Counted from the first letter of the stretch, positions 1 to 9,840 are shown. The stretch: DNA of 64,000 nucleotides from Nitrospinales bacterium (GCA_965223345.1 CBDCWG010000012.1:3072001-3136000); one strand, 5' to 3'. Numbers and translations: made by a program. Notes: generated from the sequence alone by a model not told the origin.

Positions 1-1
1 C

Positions 2-526
2 ACGCATCCCTGCAAGGTCTGTCACGGCGAAGGCCGCACGATGGAGAAGAAGAAACTCAGCGTCAACATTCCCGCCGGTGTGGACGACGGCAACCGCCTG
101 CGTCTGCGCGGCGAGGGCGAAGCGGGCGCGGGCGGACGGCCGCCCGGAGACCTCTACGTGTTCGTGCACGTGACCGCGCACGACTTTTTTCACCGCGAAG
201 GAGAGGACATCCATTGCCGGCTGCCGCTCACGTTCTCCCAGGCCGCGCTCGGAGCGGAGATCGAAGTTCCCCTGCTGGAGGAAGGACAGACCAAGGTGAT
301 TTCCGTTGCGGCGGGAACCCAGTCGGGGCAGACGCTCAAGATCTCGGGCGGCGGGATCCCCAGCCTGCGCGGGCGCGGGCGCGGCAACCAGATCATCCAC
401 TTCATGGTGGAGACGCCCAAGCGCCTGAACAAGCGCCAGAAGGAACTGTTCAAGGAGCTGGCCGAGATCGACGGCAAACCGGCCAAGGAAACCTTCAAGG
501 GATTTTTTGAGAAACTGATGCCTTAG
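2..526 (+). CDS. dnaJ: Chaperone DnaJ, C-terminal part (5' end outside the window)
   Basis: Frame from nt 2 reads THPCKVCHGEGR (CxxCxGxG zinc-finger repeat), then IPAGVDDG..LRLRGEGEAG..GDLYV, typical of the DnaJ C-terminal domain. Confidence 0.95.
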   Translation, partial: THPCKVCHGEGRTMEKKKLSVNIPAGVDDGNRLRLRGEGEAGAGGRPPGDLYVFVHVTAHDFFHREGEDIHCRLPLTFSQAALGAEIEVPLLEEGQTKVISVAAGTQSGQTLKISGGGIPSLRGRGRGNQIIHFMVETPKRLNKRQKELFKELAEIDGKPAKETFKGFFEKLMP

Positions 527-565
527 GCAAGAACGCGGGGTTGGCGGGGTACGAATTCAGCGCAT

Positions 566-601
566 AAAAAAAAGCCGGTCTGGAAATCCAGACCGGCTTT
601 T
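566..601. terminator. Bidirectional intrinsic terminator
   Basis: AAAAGCCGGTCTGGA-AA-TCCAGACCGGCTTTT perfect hairpin with A/T tails between convergent genes. Confidence 0.85.
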
Positions 602-630
602 CTATTAAATCGTTACGATGGAATCGTCAA

Positions 631-1041
631 TCAACCACAGGTGACGTTGATGGGAACGGTTCCGGTGTTGGTGATTCTCACTTCACCGCTGATGTCCCCG
701 ATGGAGTCGCCGCGGCTGAAGTTGCTCTGCTTTTTCAGAACAACGGATTTTTTACCCATGGAATGCTTGTTGGACATTCCCACTTTGCGGTCACCGGGCA
801 TTCCGTGGTTGTCCGTGGGTCCCAACGTGATGGGAACCGTGGTGTAATTGGAAGATTTCCAGATCACGGCGTTGGCATTGCCCCGGTCACCAGCAGAAGA
901 ATTTCCGGCTGCTTCCAGAGTGATGGAGTTTGCGTTTTTACAGGTTGTCTTCTGTCCCGGATTGATTGCACCGGCAAACGCGGCGGAAGCAAAACAGATT
1001 ACAGAAATGGCGACGATTGAAACAATGGCGAGTTTTTTCAT
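631..1041 (-). CDS. Secreted hypothetical protein
   Basis: 136-aa ORF with signal peptide (MKKLAIVS...AAFA) and GGGAGG RBS. Confidence 0.8.
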   Translation of the reverse strand: MKKLAIVSIVAISVICFASAAFAGAINPGQKTTCKNANSITLEAAGNSSAGDRGNANAVIWKSSNYTTVPITLGPTDNHGMPGDRKVGMSNKHSMGKKSVVLKKQSNFSRGDSIGDISGEVRITNTGTVPINVTCG

Positions 1042-1580
1042 GAGTGTGATCCTCCCTTACCCTTAGTTAAAAAACAAACTTGAATACAATTTCGGATCGA
1101 TGAGGCGTGTTCGGTAGAGCCACCTCCTCCCTGTAGTAGACACCTCAAGTCGTGTTGACTGTTGACTATTTGATTTTAAAAGAACAAAACCCTGAATCGG
1201 GGAATGTGCCGGTTTCATCGGGCCTATCCGAATCCGGATCGTCCAGTTTGGGAATTCGAAACGGGATCCGCCCGAGTTTACTTAAAGCTATTCCAGCTTT
1301 AAGGATTGGTAAAGTATACTTAGGAATGAAATCATGTCAATCCTTTTTTAGCTTTTAATGGACAGGCAAACCCCTTCTTACTAGAATGTTAACGAGTTCG
1401 GGCCGGGGGCGCGCGGCCGCGTTTCGGAAGCGCGAACCCGCCGTCCACGGCACTCGCGAAACCCCGCAGTCTTTCGGGAGCCTCCGGGCACAAAAACTCC
1501 ATATAATTCAGAAACCTTCTCGCAACCCGCGTTGGCCGCAACGCGCAGCGACCGCTCACACAACCCGAACGAGTTCCCAC

Positions 1581-2300
1581 ATGCAACGCACCGCCGACAA
1601 AAATCTCTGGGATGAAATCCGCACGCGCATCGTCGGCGGCAACCCCAAAAAACGCTTCATCCGCTTTGTCATCCTGGTGGCGATCGGCCTGGGAACCAGC
1701 TACCTGTTTTTCCGGCAGGGCATCCGGCTGACGCCGGAATCGTTCCGGGATTTCGTGCTGTCACTGGGAATCGCCGGGCCGCTGATCTACACCGGGGTTT
1801 TCATCGTGCGGCCGCTGTTTCTGATCCCCTCCATCGCCCTGTTCATCGCCGGCGGGCTGGCGTTCGGGCCCATCTGGGGGCCTCTGTACGCCTCGTTCGG
1901 CGCGGCTTTGGGGGGAACGCTGGGTTTCTGGATCGCCCGCCACCTGGGGCACGATTTCGTGAAGAGCAAGCTGAAATTCGGCAGCACCGTGCTCGAAAAC
2001 ACCACGTTCAGCACGTCGGTGGTGTTCCTGCTCAGCCTGTTTCCCGTCATGCCGGTGACGGTGATCAACTACGGGGCGGGCCTTTCCCCGATGCGCTTTC
2101 GCAACTACATCGTCGCCCACGTGCTGGGGCTGACGCCGCGCGCTTTCGCCTACGGATTCTTCGGCAGCACGCTGCTGGAAATCGGGTCGCCCCGGTTCCG
2201 CGCCGCCCTGATGCTGCTGCTGATTCTGGGGGTGGTGACGGTGTACTTCAGGCTGCGTTCGAAGCAGACGATGCGAAAAGCGGCGGAAACGGCGGAGTGA
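1581..2300 (+). CDS. TVP38/TMEM64 (DedA/SNARE-associated) membrane protein
   Basis: Hydrophobic ORF with PLFLIPSIALFIAGGLAFG and P.MP..VINYGAGL motifs; start chosen at ATG 1581. Confidence 0.85.
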   Translation: MQRTADKNLWDEIRTRIVGGNPKKRFIRFVILVAIGLGTSYLFFRQGIRLTPESFRDFVLSLGIAGPLIYTGVFIVRPLFLIPSIALFIAGGLAFGPIWGPLYASFGAALGGTLGFWIARHLGHDFVKSKLKFGSTVLENTTFSTSVVFLLSLFPVMPVTVINYGAGLSPMRFRNYIVAHVLGLTPRAFAYGFFGSTLLEIGSPRFRAALMLLLILGVVTVYFRLRSKQTMRKAAETAE

Positions 2301-2324
2301 GGCGGGCCGTTTCCGTGCGGGCGG

Positions 2325-3686
2325 TCACCCGGTGAGCTCGCAGTCTTTCAGGCGGGCGCCATCGGGAATCACAAGCGGTTTAGCCGCACTCCCCGAAAGC
2401 CGGATCGCGCCTTCCAGTGTGACTCCGCGGCCGAAACGCACATCCCCTTCCACGTGCAGGCTTTCGAGATTGAGCAGCCCGGGCGGGCTGGGAATGCGTT
2501 CCTGGTAATCGTCCAGGTTCTGCAGGCAGGAACCGAGCCGCACCTGCGGCAGCGTCTTTTCCTGGCGCGCCGGATTGCGCACCAGACGAGCGTTCTCGAG
2601 CACGAACAGGTCGGACTGCACCAAAAGCAGATCGTCGGTCTTTTTCACGGGCAGGAAACGGTCGCGCGCGACGGTCAGCCCCACGGCCCGGTCGAAACAC
2701 TCCAGCGCCGATCCGATCGCCGTTTCCAGCTGCACGACCGGGGTGTCGCCGACGGTTTTGCGGTTGACGATCACATCCAGATCCAGCGGGCCCTGCTCGA
2801 GTTTCTTTTTCAGGTGCCTAAGGTGGATCCAGATGTTGTTGGTGTTGAACACCTTGAATTTTTTCTGGCTGCAGAACTCCTCCACATGCTCTTTGGGCAC
2901 CCGCGCGATTTCCAGCAGCCTGAGCCGGTCGCCGTCCTGATACAGCGTGCCTCCCTTGACGTCCGCCGCGGTCTTGGGGGTCATCTCCATCAGAAACGGC
3001 AGGTCGTTTTCCAGCATGTGGTGCAGGATGCCGGGATCGAGCACCGCCCCCAGGTTGTCGGCGTTGGAGACGAACAGCACCTCCCTCCCCTCTTCCAGCA
3101 GCCGGTCCAGCAGGCCGTTTTGGTGGATGCAGGCGTAAAAATCGCCGTGCCCCGGCGGGTACCAAGCGTCGAGGCCGAACGTCTCTTCCGACAGGGGTTT
3201 GAAGGAGCCTGCCTCGATGCGGGGAAAGCGGTTCTGCTGAAAGGACGCGACGGACTCCGGGTATTTGCGGATGATTTCTTCGGTGCGGGCGTGGGTGTAA
3301 AAGCTGTTCATCAGGATGAGCGGCACCGCCACGCCGTGGGTGTTTTTCAATTCGGCCAGCTGCGCGACGATCAGATCGAGAAAGGATTGCTCCCCGCGCA
3401 CGCGGATGGAGGATTTGGGTTCGCGGCAGCCCATGCTGGTCCCCAGCCCGCCGTTCAGTTTGCACACCGCCGCTTTCGCCAGATCGCGCGCCGTCTGCGC
3501 GGCGGACGGCTGTTTGAGTACGCTGTAGGGCACCAGTTTGTCCTCGCTGGGCGAGCGGATGGACTCCCAGTTTTCTACCGCCTGAGCGCCCTGCTGAAAT
3601 TTTTTGAACAGCGCCTCGAACGACGCCCTCGCCTGAGTCTCTAAATTCAAGCCCTTGAGGTCCAGGGCCGAATCGGAATAATTCAT
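2325..3686 (-). CDS. UTP--glucose-1-phosphate uridylyltransferase, eukaryote-type (UDPGP family)
   Basis: KLNGGLGTSMGC..PKS, WYPPGHGD, VSNADNLGA, DVKGG, FNTNN, QLETAIG and RFLPVK motifs. Confidence 0.93.
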   Translation of the reverse strand: MNYSDSALDLKGLNLETQARASFEALFKKFQQGAQAVENWESIRSPSEDKLVPYSVLKQPSAAQTARDLAKAAVCKLNGGLGTSMGCREPKSSIRVRGEQSFLDLIVAQLAELKNTHGVAVPLILMNSFYTHARTEEIIRKYPESVASFQQNRFPRIEAGSFKPLSEETFGLDAWYPPGHGDFYACIHQNGLLDRLLEEGREVLFVSNADNLGAVLDPGILHHMLENDLPFLMEMTPKTAADVKGGTLYQDGDRLRLLEIARVPKEHVEEFCSQKKFKVFNTNNIWIHLRHLKKKLEQGPLDLDVIVNRKTVGDTPVVQLETAIGSALECFDRAVGLTVARDRFLPVKKTDDLLLVQSDLFVLENARLVRNPARQEKTLPQVRLGSCLQNLDDYQERIPSPPGLLNLESLHVEGDVRFGRGVTLEGAIRLSGSAAKPLVIPDGARLKDCELTG

Positions 3687-3794
3687 AGGGATTCCTTAGT
3701 TATTGAAATTCTGTGATGGTATTGAAATAATTATCCTAACGATTCACGCAACCGCCGTCTGCGGGCCTCTTTGCAGCGAGCCCGGCGCCGTCAC

Positions 3795-4391
3795 ATGCTG
3801 GCTTTTAAAAATAACATTTACCAGCGGGGAATGTCTTCCGATTCGGCGGACGTTTTCCGGCCCGCCCCCTACGATCTGGTGCTCAAGGCGCTGATGACCG
3901 ACCGGGACCTGTTCGCGGGGCTCAGCAGCCTGCACGAGACCGACGCCAACGACAAGCTGAAGGTCTTTTTTCCGCACGCCGCCCGGTTCGGGCCGTTTCG
4001 CATCCTCAACGTCATCTCCCGCACCCTGATCGAAGCGCTGGTGCAACCCGGACTATGGTACCAGATGAACGCCTACCACCTCTGCTACCTTTACGACAGT
4101 CTGTACGGAACCATCGAGGAATACAGCTACGAGGACCTGCCGCAGCGCCAGACGATCTTTCCGGAGCTGAACGGCGCGCCGATCGACTTCGACCAGTTTC
4201 TCGATAAATTCTTTTTCAACACGGCGTTTCTCATCGACGCGGACCGCTTCAACAACATGGACGCGGAGGAAAAACAAACCCGCGGGTTTGTCGATCCCTG
4301 TCTTTTTGGCGTCATCAACCGGCTGCTGCCCACGGACGAGGAAATCGTTTTACAGGAAATCGCCGACCCCTACGGGGACGCCGCGGCCTGA
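3795..4391 (+). CDS. Hypothetical protein (paralog of 4485-5105)
   Basis: Starts MLAFKNNIY and shares motifs with the next ORF; strong codon bias. Confidence 0.8.
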   Translation: MLAFKNNIYQRGMSSDSADVFRPAPYDLVLKALMTDRDLFAGLSSLHETDANDKLKVFFPHAARFGPFRILNVISRTLIEALVQPGLWYQMNAYHLCYLYDSLYGTIEEYSYEDLPQRQTIFPELNGAPIDFDQFLDKFFFNTAFLIDADRFNNMDAEEKQTRGFVDPCLFGVINRLLPTDEEIVLQEIADPYGDAAA

Positions 4392-4484
4392 AGGCACCCC
4401 CGGTTTTGCGCGCCGGCCAAAGTTTTGTGGATTCTGGTCCGGATCTCCGTATAATAATCTGAGGAAATTGTTCACCACACGGCC

Positions 4485-5105
4485 ATGTTGATCTTCAAGA
4501 ACAACATTTACGATCTCAGCGACTTAAGCCTTCCCGGTCGGACCCCCTCCCCCGACCCCGAATACGACCGCCGCTTCGACCCGAAAAACCTGATCCGCAC
4601 CGCTCTGGACGAAGACCTCGAGACGCTCGATTTCATCGAACGCCAGTATCCGGAATACCGCAAAATGGATCTGCAGAAGTTCTACCCGCGCTCCGGCCGT
4701 ATCGGCGACCTGAACATCCTGCGCGACCTGCTGCAGATCATCAAGGACGGCCTCGACGAACCGAGCACCTGGTACCACATGAACACCTACCACTTCTGCT
4801 TTCTGTACGACGTGCTGATCCGTTTTTCCTTCAACTACAATCACGACAACCGCGAGGAGCGGCTCAGGGCGCTGCCGGAGCTGGACGGAAAACCGCTTTT
4901 CTTCGAGCTGTTCGTGAAGGATTATTTTTTCAACACGGATTTTCTGGTGGACGAGGACCAGTTCAACGACCTGTCCGCCCAGGAAAAAGCCAGCAAGGGC
5001 TATGACTTCCCCTGCCTGTTCGGCGTCATCAACGGCCTGCTCCCCACGCGCGAGGAAATGAAGCTGGAAGCCTCGACCGACTACCCCTACTCGATTTACG
5101 TCTGA
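4485..5105 (+). CDS. Hypothetical protein (paralog of 3795-4391)
   Basis: Starts MLIFKNNIY; TATAAT at 4450-4455 upstream. Confidence 0.8.
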   Translation: MLIFKNNIYDLSDLSLPGRTPSPDPEYDRRFDPKNLIRTALDEDLETLDFIERQYPEYRKMDLQKFYPRSGRIGDLNILRDLLQIIKDGLDEPSTWYHMNTYHFCFLYDVLIRFSFNYNHDNREERLRALPELDGKPLFFELFVKDYFFNTDFLVDEDQFNDLSAQEKASKGYDFPCLFGVINGLLPTREEMKLEASTDYPYSIYV

Positions 5106-5536
5106 GGCAGCGCCTCTTCCCCCTTCTCTCCATCCTTCGCGAATTCCCAAATTCCTTTCAGATTCTTTTGCACGACAAAATTCCGGGACCGGCTGACTTT
5201 GATGAAAGAGCCGGTCTGGGGAGTGCTGGCCTGCAGGATTCCGGTCGAGAGACCCGCTTTTTCCACGTCCACCTGGAACACGTCCCAGATTTCCTCGACC
5301 TCCTTCTGCAGCGCGGCGGCGTCCGAGAGCTGAATATCGGTTTCGTATTTCAGCATGAGCGCAGGGTCATCATTGCTGAAGAACATTTTGTACATTCCCA
5401 GAATCCTGACTTCCTTGCCGGATGGCAGTTTATGGATCTGGTACCGGGGACCGCTCTGTGTGCAACCGGCCGCCAGTAAAATCAGGACCGCTGCCAGGGC
5501 CCAAAGGCAGGGATGAATTCGCGGGGGATTCCGCAT
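5096..5536 (-). CDS. Putative lipoprotein
   Basis: 146 aa with lipobox LAAGC and AAGGAG RBS. Confidence 0.75.
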   Translation of the reverse strand: MRNPPRIHPCLWALAAVLILLAAGCTQSGPRYQIHKLPSGKEVRILGMYKMFFSNDDPALMLKYETDIQLSDAAALQKEVEEIWDVFQVDVEKAGLSTGILQASTPQTGSFIKVSRSRNFVVQKNLKGIWEFAKDGEKGEEALPQT

Positions 5537-5916
5537 GGCGCGTCTCCTTTTTTGTTGGGAATTATCTACAGAATAGGTTGTTTTTTATAGTGTTACAAAT
5601 GTTTTTGCCCGTTTGGCCTTACAATTTTAGGGCGCGCGGTTGCGCCCGGATTTTCAAACTTTTTGCTGGCGGCGCGGCCGCGCCGGATTGTGCGGGACGT
5701 TTCCCAGACCGGACGTTATAATGAGAGGAGTGGCTAGCAAATACAGTTTCGCCTTTGGTTCAAGCTCAAGTGGCCTAGTTAAACTTTAAGCTGCGGAAGT
5801 TTTTTTCTTCCCCTTCACCCAAGCAACACCCAGTGTTGTAATGAGCGGGTGCCGAGCTTGGCTCGGCCCGCCCTCTCCCTCTAGGGGAGAGGTGTTATTA
5901 AATCCGGAGAACACTT

Positions 5917-7467
5917 TTGGATAAAATCGTCACTGCAGCGCAGATGCAGGCGATCGACAAGCGCGCGATCGGGCAATTCGGCATTCCCGGACTCGTCCTC
6001 ATGGAGAACGCCGGCCGCAGCGCGGTGAACGCGTTGCAGACGAAGTTCGCCGATCTGCAATCGCAGCGGGTCGTGATCTTCGCCGGCAAAGGCAACAACG
6101 GCGGCGACGGATTCGTGATGGCGCGGCATTTGGCCCATTTGGACGTGAACGTGGAAGTGTTCCTCACCGGCAAACGGGCGGACCTGAAAAACGAAGCCAA
6201 GATCAACGCCGGCATCGCCCACAGCCTGGGCATCCCCATCCACGAGGTGGACGCGGACAACCTGAAATCCTTCGATCACAAACTGCGCCATGCCGACCTG
6301 ATCGTCGATGCGGTGTTCGGAACCGGGCTGGCCAAACCGGCCAGCGGGTTTTACGAGCCGCTGTTCGACGCCATCAACGCGCTGGACAAATTCGTGGTGT
6401 CGGTGGACATCCCCTCGGGGCTGGACTCGGACACGGGACAGGCGATCGGCCCGCACGTGCAGGCAGACCTGACCCTGGCGCTGGCGCTGGCCAAACGCAG
6501 CCACCTGCTGTACCCGGCGGTGGAGTCGATGGGCGAGGTGTGGGTGCTCGACATCGGCATCCCGCAGCAGGCGGTGGAGGCCGAGCGGGTATCCGTCGAG
6601 GCCGCCAGCGAGCCGGATATCGCCGAGTGGTTCGCGAAACGCCCGCGCGACGCGCACAAAGGCCATTTCGGCCACGTTCTCACCATCGCCGGCTCTCCGG
6701 GCAAAGCGGGTGCAGGCGGGCTCGCGGCGCTGGCGGCGTTGCGGGCGGGATGCGGCCTGTCCACACTGGCCCTGCCCGAGGGCTGCCAGAAAGCGGTGGA
6801 GTTCAACCCGCTGGAGACCATGTCGGTGGCGCTGCCGGAAACCGCTTCCGGCGCGCTGGGGCTACAGGCCAGGGCGGGCCTCGTCGAGCAGCTTGCAGAC
6901 AAATCCGCGGTGGCGCTTGGCCCCGGTCTGGGCACCGACGCAGAAACGGCCGCCCTGCTGCGGGAGCTGCTGCCCATCATCGAAGCGCCGCTGGTGATCG
7001 ATGCGGACGGGCTCAACTGCCTGGGCATGGACAAAAGCCTGCTTTCCCTTCTCAAACCGGATACGATCCTCACGCCGCATCCGAAGGAGATGTCGCGGCT
7101 GACGGGAAAAAGCACAGAGGCCATTCAGAAAAACCGCATCGAAGCGGCGGCGGAATTCGCGGCCGCCCACTCGGTGTGCCTGATCCTCAAAGGCGCGGGG
7201 ACGGTGCTGGCGTTTCCGGACGGTTCGGTGTGCCTCAACACCACGGGCAACCCCGGCATGGCCACGGCAGGATCGGGCGACGTGCTGACGGGGATTCTGG
7301 CCGGGCTGCTGGCGCAGGGTTTCGACGTCAAGCAGGCGGCCATCGCCGGCGTCCACCTGCACGGGCTGGCGGGAGACCTTTACGCCGAGGAAAACACCGA
7401 AACCTCGCTGATCTCGGGGGACCTGCTGGATTGTCTGCCGGCGGCTCTGAAACAGGTGCTGGGCTGA
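5917..7467 (+). CDS. nnr: Bifunctional NAD(P)H-hydrate epimerase/dehydratase
   Basis: LMENAG, GKGNNGGDG, DAVFGTG, DIPSG, HKG.FG, DADGLN, TPHPKE and MATAGSGDVL motifs. Confidence 0.95.
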   Translation: MDKIVTAAQMQAIDKRAIGQFGIPGLVLMENAGRSAVNALQTKFADLQSQRVVIFAGKGNNGGDGFVMARHLAHLDVNVEVFLTGKRADLKNEAKINAGIAHSLGIPIHEVDADNLKSFDHKLRHADLIVDAVFGTGLAKPASGFYEPLFDAINALDKFVVSVDIPSGLDSDTGQAIGPHVQADLTLALALAKRSHLLYPAVESMGEVWVLDIGIPQQAVEAERVSVEAASEPDIAEWFAKRPRDAHKGHFGHVLTIAGSPGKAGAGGLAALAALRAGCGLSTLALPEGCQKAVEFNPLETMSVALPETASGALGLQARAGLVEQLADKSAVALGPGLGTDAETAALLRELLPIIEAPLVIDADGLNCLGMDKSLLSLLKPDTILTPHPKEMSRLTGKSTEAIQKNRIEAAAEFAAAHSVCLILKGAGTVLAFPDGSVCLNTTGNPGMATAGSGDVLTGILAGLLAQGFDVKQAAIAGVHLHGLAGDLYAEENTETSLISGDLLDCLPAALKQVLG

Positions 7468-7469
7468 GC

Positions 7470-7955
7470 ATGGCCGTGCGATCGAAAAGCCGCGAGGACA
7501 CCCTAAGACTGGGGGAAATGCTCGGGCAAAGCCTCGTTCCCGGAGACATCGTGCTGTTGTTCGGGGATCTGGGGGCGGGAAAAACCACCTTCACCCAAGG
7601 GGTCTGCCAGGGACTGGGGCTTCCCGAAAACGAATACGTGCGCAGCCCCTCCTTCACGCTGATCAACGAATACCGGGGCCGCTGCCCGATTTTTCACGTC
7701 GATCTGTACCGGCTGGAAACCGCCCGCGACATCGAGCAGCTGGGCCTGGAGGAGGTCCTGTTCGGTAACGGGATAACCATCGTGGAATGGGCCGAAAGAC
7801 TCGCTTTTTCCGATCCTACGGCCGCCTCGCCGGGATACGGGATCGAGGCGCGGGTGGAAGTCCGAATCGGCTTCGGCGAAGAAAATCATAGGGTTTTCGA
7901 TATCCGCCCGGTGGGCCTGAAGGACAGGGAGTTTCCGGTTTTTGCTTTACAATAG
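7470..7955 (+). CDS. tsaE: tRNA t6A biosynthesis ATPase TsaE
   Basis: GDLGAGKTT, VRSPSF, HVDLYRL and IVEWAE motifs; follows nnr. Confidence 0.95.
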   Translation: MAVRSKSREDTLRLGEMLGQSLVPGDIVLLFGDLGAGKTTFTQGVCQGLGLPENEYVRSPSFTLINEYRGRCPIFHVDLYRLETARDIEQLGLEEVLFGNGITIVEWAERLAFSDPTAASPGYGIEARVEVRIGFGEENHRVFDIRPVGLKDREFPVFALQ

Positions 7956-7982
7956 CGGCGGTCTGTGGCATTATTTTTATAC

Positions 7983-8000
7983 TTGGTATGGCATTTGCAT
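7983..8000 (+). promoter_or_regulatory. Sigma-54 (-24/-12) binding site upstream of lptCAB-rpoN
   Basis: TTGGTATGGCATTTGCAT matches TGGYAYG-N4-TTGCW with exact GG-N10-GC spacing. Confidence 0.6.
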
Positions 8001-8031
8001 ATTTTCATAACTTGTTCTTTTTTTATTGATT

Positions 8032-8466
8032 ATGCAAAATCACATCCGTACAATCCTCCTCGTGGTCATCGTGCTGGTCCTGGGCGCCGGCGGGACCCAG
8101 CTGGTGAAACAATATCTCGGCAAAAACAGCCTGGTGACACTCACGGCCCTGAAATCCGGCATCGATATCGAGATCGAGAATTTCGTGGTGGTCAATGAGA
8201 ATTCGGAAGAGAAAATCTGGGAGCTGAAGGCGGATCTCGCCCAGATCGACCAGGAAAACAACCTCACCCACCTGCAAAACGTCGAACTGACGATGAAAAA
8301 TAAAGCCAAACAGGATTTTTGGGTGGTCGCAGATTCGGGCGTCCTGAAAAACGAGACCAACGATGTGGAACTGGAAGGCCACGTGCGGATGATCGGAAGC
8401 TCCGAGTTCGCCAAGGGACGGCTTTCCAAGCAACAGGAAGAGCCCTCGGGTAAGACAAATGAATGA
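8032..8466 (+). CDS. lptC: LPS export protein LptC
   Basis: Single N-terminal TM helix, beta-rich WELKAD..ADSG..VELEGHV segment, position before lptA/lptB. Confidence 0.8.
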   Translation: MQNHIRTILLVVIVLVLGAGGTQLVKQYLGKNSLVTLTALKSGIDIEIENFVVVNENSEEKIWELKADLAQIDQENNLTHLQNVELTMKNKAKQDFWVVADSGVLKNETNDVELEGHVRMIGSSEFAKGRLSKQQEEPSGKTNE

Positions 8467-9070
8467 GACCTCCCCATACATGCTGCTGAAAACCAGACGC
8501 CTGCTGCACGGGCTCCTGCTGCTGTGCCTGCTTTTCGGGCTTTGCCTGCCGGCCCCGTCCTGGGCGCAGAAAGGCGGCCTCAAGAAAGGCCTGGAATCCG
8601 ACAAGAAGCAGCCGGTGGAGATCACCGCCGACCGCATGCGTTCGGAGAACGGCGGCAAGAAAATCATCTTTTCCGGCCAGGTGGTGGGGCTGTGGGGCGA
8701 TCTCAAGATCACCTCGGACGTTCTGGAAATCTACAATTCCGAAAAGGAAAGCAACGAGACCGAGGAGATCATCGCCATCGGCAACGTGGTCATCACCCGC
8801 GCCAACAAACGGGCCACGGGAGACAAGGCGATCTATCTGGACAAGCAGCAGAAGGTAATCCTGACGGGGGCGCCCAACGCCACCGCGTGGGAGGATCAGA
8901 ACGTGGTGCACGGCCGGGAGATGATCTTCCTGCTGGACAAGGACCGGTTTCTGGTCAACGACCGTGTGCGCATGAAGCTGTACCCGGAAAACAAGGAACC
9001 GCAAAAAGCCAGACAGCCGACCAAGGGCCGGACGGATAAAAAAAAAATCTGGGTTGACGCCAAAAAATAA
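8459..9070 (+). CDS. lptA: LPS transport periplasmic protein LptA
   Basis: Signal peptide and OstA-like motifs PVEITADRM, IFSGQV, AIGNVVI, LTG. Confidence 0.88.
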   Translation: MNETSPYMLLKTRRLLHGLLLLCLLFGLCLPAPSWAQKGGLKKGLESDKKQPVEITADRMRSENGGKKIIFSGQVVGLWGDLKITSDVLEIYNSEKESNETEEIIAIGNVVITRANKRATGDKAIYLDKQQKVILTGAPNATAWEDQNVVHGREMIFLLDKDRFLVNDRVRMKLYPENKEPQKARQPTKGRTDKKKIWVDAKK

Positions 9071-9091
9071 CTTTTCTTGAAATAAATCAGC

Positions 9092-9814
9092 GTGGAAGGT
9101 TTACAAGCCACCAATCTGGTCAAGTCTTACCGGAAACGGAAGGTTGTCAAGCAGGTCAGCATCAATGTAAAACGGGGGGAAACGGTCGGGTTGCTCGGCC
9201 CCAACGGGGCGGGCAAGACCACCACCTTTTACATGGTGGTCGGCCTCACACGGCCGGACAGCGGCAAGGTGATGCTGGACGACGTGGACGTCACCAATTT
9301 CCCGATGCACCTTAGGGCCATGAAGGGGATGAGCTACCTGCCGCAGGAGCCCTCGGTTTTCAGGAAACTGACGGTGGAGGAGAACATCGTCGCGGTGCTG
9401 GAAACCCAGGACATTTCGAGCTTTGAAAGAAAAAAACGCGCCCGCGCGCTGCTGCGCGAGCTCAATATTCTGCATATAAAAAACTCAAAGGCTTATTCCC
9501 TGTCGGGTGGGGAACGACGCCGGGTGGAGATCAGCCGGGCCCTGGCCACGTCGCCGGTCTTCATATTGCTGGACGAGCCCTTCGCGGGGATCGATCCCAT
9601 CGCCGTCGCCGACATCCAGTCTATCATCTCCCACCTGAAAGACAGGGGGATCGGGGTTTTGATCACCGACCACAACGTGCGCGAAACCCTGAGCATCACG
9701 GATCGGGCCTACATCATCAACGACGGGCAGATCATCTGTTCGGGGCTGCCTTCGGAAGTGGCGCAGGATGAAAAGGTAAAGCAGATTTATCTCGGCAATC
9801 AGTTTTCGTTTTGA
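9092..9814 (+). CDS. lptB: LPS export ABC transporter ATPase LptB
   Basis: [40 protein letters not shown] and [10 protein letters not shown] motifs. Confidence 0.97.
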   Translation: MEGLQATNLVKSYRKRKVVKQVSINVKRGETVGLLGPNGAGKTTTFYMVVGLTRPDSGKVMLDDVDVTNFPMHLRAMKGMSYLPQEPSVFRKLTVEENIVAVLETQDISSFERKKRARALLRELNILHIKNSKAYSLSGGERRRVEISRALATSPVFILLDEPFAGIDPIAVADIQSIISHLKDRGIGVLITDHNVRETLSITDRAYIINDGQIICSGLPSEVAQDEKVKQIYLGNQFSF

Positions 9815-9840
9815 ATCATCGCTAGGAGGGGACGGGTTTT

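Noticed and set aside
5723..5880. 6S RNA or tmRNA identity for the structured intergenic region
   Set aside because: No long rod with a central bubble and no tRNA-like GGGG/CCA ends; the GGTTCAAG and ANTV..A similarities look coincidental
6540..7469. Long N-terminal extension of the tsaE ORF (471 aa in the track)
   Set aside because: Out-of-frame overlap with nnr; TsaE similarity starts at ATG 7470
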